Part shown: piece by piece, positions 34,300-40,567 of the stretch
Position numbering within the stretch: the first letter of the stretch is position 1
Layout: the number at the start of each line of letters is the position of its first letter
IMG/VR virus record: IMGVR_UViG_3300015301_000001
Span: 1-40,567 of that record
Reading direction: 5' to 3' (one strand)
Length of the DNA: 40,567 nt
DNA from: a virus
Program-made: the position numbers and the translations under genes
The notes under the pieces: generated by a model
Seen by the model: only the letters and a program-made list of their open reading frames with translations
The model's database searches: none
What the model was told of the DNA's origin: nothing

Positions 34300-34537
34300 T
34301 GTTTTAGCTGGGCGCATCGGCATGTTTTACCTATGTTTTACCCAGGTAAGCATAAAGGCCCGCTAAGTGCTTGACTTAGCGGGCCTTTATGTACTCATGT
34401 TAGAGGTAACGGGCGTACTTCGCACTGTGACACAGGCCCAGTAACACGCCCACTGTGTCACGAATCTAGGGCGTTTCTGCTGAATTACCCGAGTCTTCCG
34501 CCTCCGTGTGGCGGTTTTGTTTTACCCCTGTTTTACC
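34300..34537. other. Candidate attP region (arm-type repeats, long hairpin, core-like repeats)
   Basis: TGTTTTACC at 34323, 34334, 34518 and 34529, plus TGTTTTAGC at 34300. An 18-bp perfect hairpin at 34351..34391. CACTGTGACAC at 34423 and CACTGTGTCAC at 34451. The region is adjacent to int. Confidence 0.5.
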
Positions 34538-35833
34538 AGCGCCCAGGGCGGCGTACACGGTGCGGGCGGCGGCGTCTACCTCGAAGGTATCATGGTCGCG
34601 CAAATAGACCTCCGTGGTGCTCGTGCGCTTGTGGCCCAGCAGCCCGCCGGTGGCCCGTATGTTGCCGGCCAGCGCCCGCTCGCCCAGCGTTGCCAGCGTG
34701 CGCCGCGCTACGTGGCTGCTCATTTTCTTGTCGATGCCCAGGCGCGTCATGCACCGCTTGAGGTTGGCGTTGATTGACGAGGTTTCCCGGCGCGTGATTA
34801 CCAACTGGGCACTGGGGTGCAGCTTCTCAAAATCGGCCGGCAGGTAGGGCAGTATATAATCGCCTGGCTTCGGCTTGCCGATGGCCGGCAGCAGCGAATC
34901 AAGTAGGGCCGTTAGTTCCGGGGTTTCCTCCACGTCCTTCTCGTGGCCGCCCTTGTCCATCACGAACTTGAGCCGGCCGTGGGCGCGGTCCTTCCATTTG
35001 AGGCGCAGGATTACACCGATACGCGAACCGTGGGCGTAGTGCTGAATGAAGTACACCACGCGCGCCAAGTGCTGCCGAGGTGGCAGGGGCACGTTCTCGA
35101 AGTCGATTACCTCCCCTTGCTCCAACCACACCCGCTTCGTTTTGCCGGTGGGGTAGTCGTAGTACTGCATGGGGTCGTCCTGCGGCTTCATCTTCTTGGC
35201 GCGGATGGCATCCGTTATAAAGATGTGCAGCGTCTTGAGGTTCTTGGCGGCCGTGCTGGGGGCGTTGCCCAGCGTGCCCAGCAGGTAGCCCTCGTACTTT
35301 TTGACCAGCTCGGCAGTCAGCAGGGGGAAGGGCAGGGGCTTCGGCTTGCCCTTGCTGTCGGTGCCGTGCCAGTTGGCGAACTTCTTCACCACCGGCCGGC
35401 GCACGTCGATGGTGCCCTGCGCCAGCCCCGTGGTGGCCTGCCGTTTGGCGTGGGCCTCATCGACCAGCTTCTGCTCAGCTGCGAGCCGCTCGTAACAGAA
35501 GGCGATAAAGTCGGGCGCGGCGGGGTCAATGTCGCCGTTGCGCAGGGCCGCCTTGAGTTGGTCGGCACCCCACCGCGGATTCTCCTGCGCCAACGCCTGC
35601 GCCCGGTCATGCCAGCGCAGCAGCGCGCTATTGTGGGCATCGTGCAGGCGCTCAGACGTGCGAACCCAGTTTTTAGTTAATAGGCTGGCCTTGGGGTTCC
35701 AATGCTTCTGAGACAAAGAAATACCCGTGTTTTGGTAACGAACAACGCGGTCGGCGATTATACGCAGGCGCACATCATAAAGCCCGTCACTGTCGGCCTT
35801 CGCGGCTAGAATCAGTTTGAAGGTGGCGGGCAT
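34466..35833 (-). CDS. int: Tyrosine recombinase / phage integrase (Bacteroidota type with N-terminal arm-binding domain)
   Basis: N-terminal FKLILAAKADSDGLYDVRLRI and SAM-like middle region. The C-terminus has SHVARRTLAT...LLGHKRTSTTEVYL, matching the R-H-R-Y catalytic pattern. Confidence 0.9.
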   Translation of the reverse strand: MPATFKLILAAKADSDGLYDVRLRIIADRVVRYQNTGISLSQKHWNPKASLLTKNWVRTSERLHDAHNSALLRWHDRAQALAQENPRWGADQLKAALRNGDIDPAAPDFIAFCYERLAAEQKLVDEAHAKRQATTGLAQGTIDVRRPVVKKFANWHGTDSKGKPKPLPFPLLTAELVKKYEGYLLGTLGNAPSTAAKNLKTLHIFITDAIRAKKMKPQDDPMQYYDYPTGKTKRVWLEQGEVIDFENVPLPPRQHLARVVYFIQHYAHGSRIGVILRLKWKDRAHGRLKFVMDKGGHEKDVEETPELTALLDSLLPAIGKPKPGDYILPYLPADFEKLHPSAQLVITRRETSSINANLKRCMTRLGIDKKMSSHVARRTLATLGERALAGNIRATGGLLGHKRTSTTEVYLRDHDTFEVDAAARTVYAALGAGKTGVKQNRHTEAEDSGNSAETP

Positions 35834-35849
35834 GGTTGCAGTATTCTCA

Positions 35850-35857
35850 CAAAGTTA
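35850..35857 (-). promoter_or_regulatory. The -7 promoter box TAACTTTG for int
   Basis: Exact TAnnTTTG on the minus strand, 16 nt upstream of the int ATG, within an AT-rich spacer. Confidence 0.5.
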
Positions 35858-36177
35858 TTTCTCAGACTATCAGGAGCTAGTAAAATGCAATAGCCCCAAG
35901 CGTATGTAGTTGATATGTGGATTGCATCTATTGCGTTGTGACCTGCTTCATTGTGGGTACATTTTACTATTATTTTTAGCATTACCTTCGCTACACGCTT
36001 CTATTATACTTAGCACTCCTACCACCTTTCCGCAATGCCTGCACGTCCTGAGCCCAGTATTGAAGCTATTTGCGCGGCTGCGGCCGTAGTTGAGTACATC
36101 GCCAACCCAAAGCAGCCGGGGCTTATTGTGCGCCCCAAGGGGGATAAGTCGCCGGCCCAGCTACGCGTCGGCGCTAA

Positions 36178-36708
36178 CTAGCCTTTATCTACGCGCTCCT
36201 GAAGCGCCGCGAGCTGCTCCTGTAGCTCCTTGACCACGGCGGCAGTATCGGCCACCGTTTGCAATAAGTCCATCCCTGGCAGCGCCGGGGGTGCGGGCTT
36301 GTGCGTCTTCCTGTTAGCCGCCGAATAAGTCGGGACTATTTGCCCGTGCTGCTCGACTACATCCCCCCTCACCAGGCCGGGGCTCGGGGGCTCGTGCGCC
36401 GTTAAATTTTCAGGGAAAAGTTCGGCGGCATTATACGACAATCTTTTTTGTGTGTCAGCGTCCGGCGGCGTCGGTTTGAGCATTTCACCCTCGCCAAGCA
36501 GCAGCCACGATGTACTGACTTGCGGATATGCCACCAGGATTTTGCGCACCATATCAATACCGGGCTTATTCTTCCGCTCGCTGAAAAGGTCGCTAATCAT
36601 GCCTGCGCTCACGCCAATCTTGAGCGAGAAGCGCCGCTTCACCCCCTTCTCGTAGTGGTCAATCAGTAAATTAATCCGCTGATTAATAGGGTCTTGTGTG
36701 TCGGACAT
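36178..36708 (-). CDS. CI-like phage repressor (HTH)
   Basis: RFSLKIGVSAGMISDLFSERKNKPGIDMVRKILVAYPQVSTSWLLLGEGEM matches the phage CI-repressor HTH pattern (...WLLxGxGxM). The gene is divergent from the early operon. Confidence 0.75.
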   Translation of the reverse strand: MSDTQDPINQRINLLIDHYEKGVKRRFSLKIGVSAGMISDLFSERKNKPGIDMVRKILVAYPQVSTSWLLLGEGEMLKPTPPDADTQKRLSYNAAELFPENLTAHEPPSPGLVRGDVVEQHGQIVPTYSAANRKTHKPAPPALPGMDLLQTVADTAAVVKELQEQLAALQERVDKG

Positions 36709-36763
36709 GCGCAATTCAGTAAATTTATTCGCGGTTTAGTAGCTTCGTATCGTGCGCTGCGTA

Positions 36764-36771
36764 TACCTTTG
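36764..36771 (+). promoter_or_regulatory. The -7 promoter box TACCTTTG for the rightward early operon
   Basis: Exact TAnnTTTG, 44 nt upstream of ATG 36816, followed by a G-free CAA-repeat leader. Confidence 0.55.
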
Positions 36772-36815
36772 CAACACCAACAACAACAACAACCGAAAGA
36801 TAAGGCAATCAAACT

Positions 36816-37043
36816 ATGGCCGATACCCAAAATCCCCCAACCATGCGCGAAGTGCTGGGAAAGGGCTGGATGACGCCGCTAGCTCTGAGCGGCGGCCCCA
36901 AAGACTCCGCAGCCCTTTCGCGCCTCGTCAACTACGAGCACACCACGAGCAAATACTGGCCGGCTGTCGAAGCCCTCGCCAAGACTGTCAACCCCGAGGG
37001 CTTCGCCCGCTGGGAGGCCGCCCGCTTACCGCAAGCTGCCTAA
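36816..37043 (+). CDS. First early gene (Cro-like by position), hypothetical
   Basis: 75-aa ORF divergent from the repressor gene. It supersedes the N-terminal part of track ORF 36752..37531. Confidence 0.6.
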   Translation: MADTQNPPTMREVLGKGWMTPLALSGGPKDSAALSRLVNYEHTTSKYWPAVEALAKTVNPEGFARWEAARLPQAA

Positions 37044-37081
37044 TCCTTTTCCTCCACACACTTCACAACCACTTCAACCTC

Positions 37082-37531
37082 ATGCGCCCTAACGCATCAA
37101 TTCCGGCCCCCTTGGTGCCTACGCTGCCCGACCTGTTTAATAAGCGCCGCCGCCACAATGCCACCGAGCTACAAGGCGGCGACCAACTGCACGCCACCAG
37201 TTCCTTGCTGGGCTTCAAACGCGGCGCGGTGCTGCCTATCTACGGCTACTGCGTCCTGACTGATGAGCGCGGCCAAGTCTACTCGGTGCGCGCCTACGTG
37301 CGGCCCGTGAGCATGGACCACGCCGTGGCCTTCGATAGCCGCGAGGCCGTGCGCTACCCCTCCAATGGCCTGGGCACCCAGCAAGAATATTGGTTCGGTG
37401 CCTACCTGATGTACCTGACCGAAATCGACCTGACCGACTACGCCGATTGCCTGCGCCTGGAGCGCCTCAGTGCCCGCGTGCTGCCCCTGCTAGTCGAAGC
37501 CACCGAATACTCCTACGTCGAAGCCGCCTAG
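37082..37531 (+). CDS. Hypothetical early protein
   Basis: ATG 37082 is preceded by the conserved tandem CACTTCA leader. Confidence 0.65.
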   Translation: MRPNASIPAPLVPTLPDLFNKRRRHNATELQGGDQLHATSSLLGFKRGAVLPIYGYCVLTDERGQVYSVRAYVRPVSMDHAVAFDSREAVRYPSNGLGTQQEYWFGAYLMYLTEIDLTDYADCLRLERLSARVLPLLVEATEYSYVEAA

Positions 37532-37535
37532 CGCC

Positions 37536-37844
37536 ATGCCGGTCATTGCTTTTATATCAGTCGAAGAACATGAGGCAGCTATTAGCGGCTTGCGGGCTGA
37601 GTTCCGCGATATGCTGAGCGCCTACGTGACCGACCACGAGCAATGGGTGACCACCGAACGGGCCGCTGAACTAGCCGACATCTCCCGCTCCACCCTTGTG
37701 AAGTTCGCCCGTGCCTCGGCACCCGATACGAAGCAGGAGGGGCGCATTACCTACAAAAAGGAGGGTACTAAATCCCTCTACTGTCGCAGTAGCTGCATCG
37801 ACTACAAGCGATTAAAAGCCGGCCGCCCGGCGCTGGCGGCATAA
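37536..37844 (+). CDS. HTH DNA-binding protein (excisionase/MerR-like)
   Basis: WVTTERAAELADISRSTLVKFAR helix-turn-helix. Confidence 0.55.
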   Translation: MPVIAFISVEEHEAAISGLRAEFRDMLSAYVTDHEQWVTTERAAELADISRSTLVKFARASAPDTKQEGRITYKKEGTKSLYCRSSCIDYKRLKAGRPALAA

Positions 37845-37881
37845 AAAAAGGAACCCCGACCACTTCACCTGTCGGGGTTCC
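37843..37881 (-). terminator. Intrinsic terminator functional only on the minus strand
   Basis: 11-bp perfect stem GGAACCCCGAC/GTCGGGGTTCC. The run of 7 A at 37843..37849 reads as a T7 tract after the stem on the minus strand. There is no T-tract on the plus strand. Confidence 0.6.
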
Positions 37882-37918
37882 CAATTAGCCAGCCCGCCCC
37901 TAAGCGAGCCAACCACTT
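37843..37918 (-). ncRNA. Candidate ~75-nt antisense/trans-acting sRNA carrying two anti-leader motifs
   Basis: A minus-strand -7 box lies upstream and a U7 terminator downstream. The 5' GAAGUGGUUGG and the loop AGGUGAAGUG are complementary to the AACCACTTCA(CC) early-gene leaders. Confidence 0.35.
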
Positions 37919-37923
37919 CGGTG

Positions 37924-37931
37924 CAAAGATA
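37924..37931 (-). promoter_or_regulatory. The -7 promoter box TATCTTTG on the minus strand (no CDS downstream)
   Basis: Exact TAnnTTTG, seen as CAAAGATA on the plus strand. Confidence 0.45.
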
Positions 37932-37960
37932 GACAGCCAACTCACAACCACTTCAATTTT

Positions 37961-38425
37961 ATGAAAATCGCCACCGCCACCACCGCCCCCGATTTCGCCG
38001 CTATCAAGGCCGTTGCCTCTGTCGTTGACCTCAACATGGAGGCCCGCAAGCTGGCCCGTTTGCGCCTTGAGTTTGGCGCGCTTTATCAGCAGTATCAAGA
38101 CGTGCTGCAAGCCGACGACGAAGGCATGGAGGTGACTATTACCATCCGCAGTACCACCAAAACGCTCAAGTTGCGGGACACCGGCCTTGACTATTTCAAT
38201 ACGGGCGACTACTACCAAAATGTGGGCACCTACCTCGACCACTTGCAGAAGCAAATCATAGAGCTACACGAGAAGGCGCAAACCACGGGGCTTGACAAGG
38301 GCGGAAGCGCCGCCGACCAGCAAGACCAAGCTATGGGCGTTCACGCCTTGGCTCTCTGCCTGCCTGAGCAGCCCACTACGGCTGAACCTGTATTGCACAC
38401 CAGCCGCGCCGCCCGCGCCGCCTAG
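37961..38425 (+). CDS. Hypothetical early protein (paralog A)
   Basis: Preceded by the tandem leader. Shares MK..T.TAPDF, L.HL and ALxxCLP features with the next gene. Confidence 0.7.
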   Translation: MKIATATTAPDFAAIKAVASVVDLNMEARKLARLRLEFGALYQQYQDVLQADDEGMEVTITIRSTTKTLKLRDTGLDYFNTGDYYQNVGTYLDHLQKQIIELHEKAQTTGLDKGGSAADQQDQAMGVHALALCLPEQPTTAEPVLHTSRAARAA

Positions 38426-38468
38426 CCTTCCTTTTTTAATTATTCAATTGCTTTTCAATCACTTCACC

Positions 38469-38990
38469 ATGAAAGTTAATAAAACCCCCGCCGCTGCTAC
38501 TGCCCCCGACTTCGGCCACGCCACCATCCCACACTTCGGCCACGGCTACGAGAATAATCTTAATTACGTGCTGGCTGAGCAGCACCGTGAACAGTACCTC
38601 GCCCACTACATCACAATGCAGAAGGTGAGCGCAGCCTTCATTGAGGGCATCCAATCCGTGACCCTGAACACCCCGAGCGGCAGCGTTACCGTGGCCCTGT
38701 ACAGCAGCACCGGCGAAGACCTGCATAAGCGGGCGGGCAATCTGTACACCGACCTCTCCGAAGTAATTGGCGCGCGCCTGGCGCACCTGGAGCGGCTCAT
38801 TGCCCAGCATGAAGAGGACTCTCGAAAGGAGGAAGCCGACGAGCGCGAGGGTAAGGGCCGCCGAGCAGACGCGCTCACCTTCTGCCTGCCCATGCGCAAG
38901 ATGAGCGATGCAGAATACGACGCCTTGCCCCCCGAGGCCCAGCGCGCACATCTGCATTACGGCGCTATGGTACGAGACGAAGCTGCCTAG
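38469..38990 (+). CDS. Hypothetical early protein (paralog B)
   Basis: ATG 38469 is preceded by CAATCACTTCACC and lies in frame within track ORF 38292..38990. Confidence 0.65.
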   Translation: MKVNKTPAAATAPDFGHATIPHFGHGYENNLNYVLAEQHREQYLAHYITMQKVSAAFIEGIQSVTLNTPSGSVTVALYSSTGEDLHKRAGNLYTDLSEVIGARLAHLERLIAQHEEDSRKEEADEREGKGRRADALTFCLPMRKMSDAEYDALPPEAQRAHLHYGAMVRDEAA

Positions 38991-39002
38991 CCCACCTAGA
39001 GG

Positions 39003-39028
39003 GGGTCGGCCCAGATTTGGGCCGACCC
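39003..39028. other. Perfect 11-bp hairpin GGGTCGGCCCA-GATT-TGGGCCGACCC upstream of the initiator gene
   Basis: Dyad read from the sequence; no U-tract on either strand. Confidence 0.4.
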
Positions 39029-39093
39029 AGGGGGTACGCTCAAATCTGAGCACACCCTACCACTAGGCTGCCCACCGCTTACCCACCCGCCCT

Positions 39094-40083
39094 GTGACGC
39101 ATCTTGAGTATTTCCTTTTTTTAGAAGAGCGCGACCAGCATTGCGAGCTGTCGGGAAACGACTATAAAGTTTTCCATAAGCTCGTGGGCATTGCTAAAAG
39201 TGCTGGCTGGCCGACAACGTTCGCCCGGTCAGATGCCTCCCTAAAAAAGGTCTGCAACATTCAAGAAAATACGATTCGGGAGAGCCGGAAGCACCTGGAG
39301 GCGGCGGGGCTTATTACGACTACTCAGACCGGGAAAGGCCGTAATGCGGCCACTGTTTACCAGTTAGTAAATGCCTCAATTTTTGAGGCATTACCCAAAA
39401 AGAATACCGCAAAAATTGAGGCATTACCTGAGTCGAATACCTCAAAAATTGAGGCAATAGAAGCGGTAAATACCTCAAAAATTGAGGCAATACCCGAATT
39501 AAATACCTCAAAAATTGAGGTGCTTACTATAGATAATAAAGAAGTAGTAGATGCGGCTAGCGCCGCCACCCCCCCCCAAGATTTGATTTCTGAAAAATCG
39601 GAAATCAAAGAGCCAACTGACAGCCCTAAAAAGCCAGCCGGCAAAAGAGCAAAGGGAGCCAAGGCCAGCCCCGAGGACATCGCGGCCCTTGCCTTACCTC
39701 ACCCCGGCCAAAAGTTTGCCGAACTGTGGGCCGGCTTCGTGGCTGGCCCCAAGCAGCAAGGCAAGTCACTACTCGCTTTCAATCTGCTGCTGGGAAAGCT
39801 AGCCAAGTACGCTGAGGGCTTCGCCATTGTGATGCTGGAGAAGGCTATCGAAAGCAATTGGTCGGGCGTGGAATACGAAAGCACGCCCGACGCCTACACC
39901 AAATGGCAAGCCCAGCAGGCCCGCAGCCACGCCCAGCCTGCCCAGGAGCCCACGATTGACCACGCCGCCCTATTCGGCTACGCTCAACCCGCTGCGGCTG
40001 GCCTCGCAGAAGCCCGCAGCGGCCCCGACTACCAAGCCTACCTAGCCCAGCAAGCGGCTAAAGCCCAAGTAACCACTTCATAA
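39094..40083 (+). CDS. Replication initiator / replisome organizer (winged-helix N-terminal domain) containing the origin iterons
   Basis: N-terminus LSGNDYKVFHKLVGIAKSAGWPTTF...ESRKHLEAAGLITT is wHTH-like. There is an in-frame 11-aa repeat NTSKIEA(I/L)PE. GTG start. The helicase gene lies downstream. Confidence 0.65.
   Translation: MTHLEYFLFLEERDQHCELSGNDYKVFHKLVGIAKSAGWPTTFARSDASLKKVCNIQENTIRESRKHLEAAGLITTTQTGKGRNAATVYQLVNASIFEALPKKNTAKIEALPESNTSKIEAIEAVNTSKIEAIPELNTSKIEVLTIDNKEVVDAASAATPPQDLISEKSEIKEPTDSPKKPAGKRAKGAKASPEDIAALALPHPGQKFAELWAGFVAGPKQQGKSLLAFNLLLGKLAKYAEGFAIVMLEKAIESNWSGVEYESTPDAYTKWQAQQARSHAQPAQEPTIDHAALFGYAQPAAAGLAEARSGPDYQAYLAQQAAKAQVTTS
39370..39525 (+). repeat. Five iterons (33-bp period), each AATACCTCAAAAATTGAGGCAAT-like with an internal 6-bp dyad
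   Basis: Copies start at 39370 (centre inverted), 39403, 39436, 39469 and 39502. An AT-rich stretch follows at 39521..39555. Confidence 0.85.
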
Positions 40084-40094
40084 TTACTTCGCCC

Positions 40095-40567
40095 ATGTCC
40101 ACTTCCTTACCGCTACTGCTGCCGGCCGTTGATACCGGCCCCGTAGAAGCCCAGGCCGAGGCCACCGCCACGACGCTGTACAATACCCTACTGCACCTGC
40201 ATACCTACCGGGAAGAGCAGCGCGGCCGTGCCGACCTCACGCCCTGGCAGTTTGAGCACCTGCGCAAAATTGAGAACGTGCTTGATGCCGTAGCTGCCGA
40301 CAAAATCCAGACCGCGCAACTGCTCACCGTCTTGCACGCCAACGTCGAAGGCCTGAACGGTCAGCTGCACGCGGCCATCAACCGGGGGGATGCCCCGGCT
40401 TGGATGCTGAACCCCAACGCTACCCCGGCCGAGGTGCTGGCCGAGCGCGAAGCCGACCCCGTGTATCGGCTGGGCTACGTCCGTGGCTACCGCCGTGGGC
40501 TCGACTTGGGGCAGCAGCAAAACGAGCGCCTGCTGAGTCTGTACGCGCAGTACGCCATCCTAGTGCC
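40095..40567 (+). CDS. 5' part of a hypothetical protein continuing at 1..274 (about 207 aa in total)
   Basis: ATG 40095 is preceded by AACCACTTCATAATTACTTCGCCC. The frame stays open to the window end. This ORF is absent from the track because there is no stop inside the window. Confidence 0.7.
   Translation, partial: MSTSLPLLLPAVDTGPVEAQAEATATTLYNTLLHLHTYREEQRGRADLTPWQFEHLRKIENVLDAVAADKIQTAQLLTVLHANVEGLNGQLHAAINRGDAPAWMLNPNATPAEVLAEREADPVYRLGYVRGYRRGLDLGQQQNERLLSLYAQYAILV
40445..40567 (+). repeat. Terminal direct repeat, copy B (identical to 1..123)
   Basis: Base-by-base identity. Confidence 0.95.

Larger units (their letters stand above)
1..40567. mobile_element. Complete temperate tailed-phage genome (circularly closed contig, unique length 40,444 bp)
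   Basis: The 123-bp ends are identical. The window contains integrase, CI-like repressor, terminase, protease, capsid, portal, tape-measure and lysis genes. Confidence 0.9.

Noticed and set aside
34351-34391. 18-bp perfect hairpin as the int transcription terminator or a tRNA fragment.
   Set aside because: It has no U-tract on either strand and no T-arm or acceptor-like tRNA sequence. I kept it only as a component of the candidate attP.
36035-36181. Possible 48-aa plus-strand ORF between int and the repressor gene.
   Set aside because: It has no codon-bias support, overlaps the repressor stop, and lies in the int promoter spacer. It cannot be supported from sequence alone.
36752-37081. N-terminal extension of track ORF 36752..37531 (and similarly 38292..38468, 24327..24503, 9331..9447, 7120..7167, 2692..2850, 33185..33247).
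   Set aside because: The extensions start at GTG or TTG, overlap upstream genes or regulatory spacers, and translate to low-complexity sequence. The internal ATGs have the conserved leader or coupling context.
39370-39525. Regularly spaced repeats that could be mistaken for a CRISPR array.
   Set aside because: The variable segments between the ~24-bp units are only about 9 bp. The array is in frame inside a gene, no cas genes are present, and the structure fits replication iterons.

Overview
This GC-rich window is a complete, circularly closed genome of a temperate tailed phage. Bases 1-123 are identical to 40445-40567, so the unique unit is 40,444 bp, and one gene (40095 -> 274) crosses the artificial junction. 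Gene starts lack Shine-Dalgarno sequences. Three intergenic regions (upstream of higB, int and the rightward early operon) carry exact TAnnTTTG (-7) boxes, and a fourth lies on the minus strand at 37924..37931. One structural protein has SprB-like repeats. Together these point to a Bacteroidota host, possibly a high-GC Hymenobacter-like one (inference).

Modules in circular order:
- Lysogeny switch: CI-like repressor (36178..36708, minus strand) divergent from a rightward early operon starting at 36816.
- Early and replication genes: Xis-like HTH protein, two tandem paralogs, a replication initiator with an iteron origin inside its gene (39094..40083), and a DnaB-like helicase (375..1367).
- Middle genes: ParB-like protein, a phage sigma factor (4151..4831), a VRR-NUC nuclease and a ParB-DNA methyltransferase fusion.
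- Late genes: TerS and TerL, a tail/baseplate block (10986..19513), a tape-measure gene on the opposite strand (20277..24326), then ClpP-like protease/scaffold, major capsid, portal and connector.
- Lysis cassette: 30219..32745.
- Accessory genes: a lipoprotein moron, a reverse-strand orphan gene, and a higB-higA-orf167 operon.
- attP and tyrosine integrase: 34300..35833.

The observations most worth follow-up:
- A conserved G-free tandem AACCACTTCA leader lies directly before the ATG of at least 6 early genes.
- A candidate ~75-nt minus-strand sRNA (37843..37918) has its own -7 box and U7 terminator and displays the complement of that leader twice.
- A 35-bp tandem GTTACGCTTTT element is present once upstream of each of the two divergent late operons, alongside a phage-encoded sigma factor.
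- A T9 tract splits a tail-module gene into two frames.
- A terminator-plus-leader cassette is embedded inside a long ORF.

No tRNA, rRNA or CRISPR array was seen. All functional calls come from motif recognition by eye, since no database search was possible.
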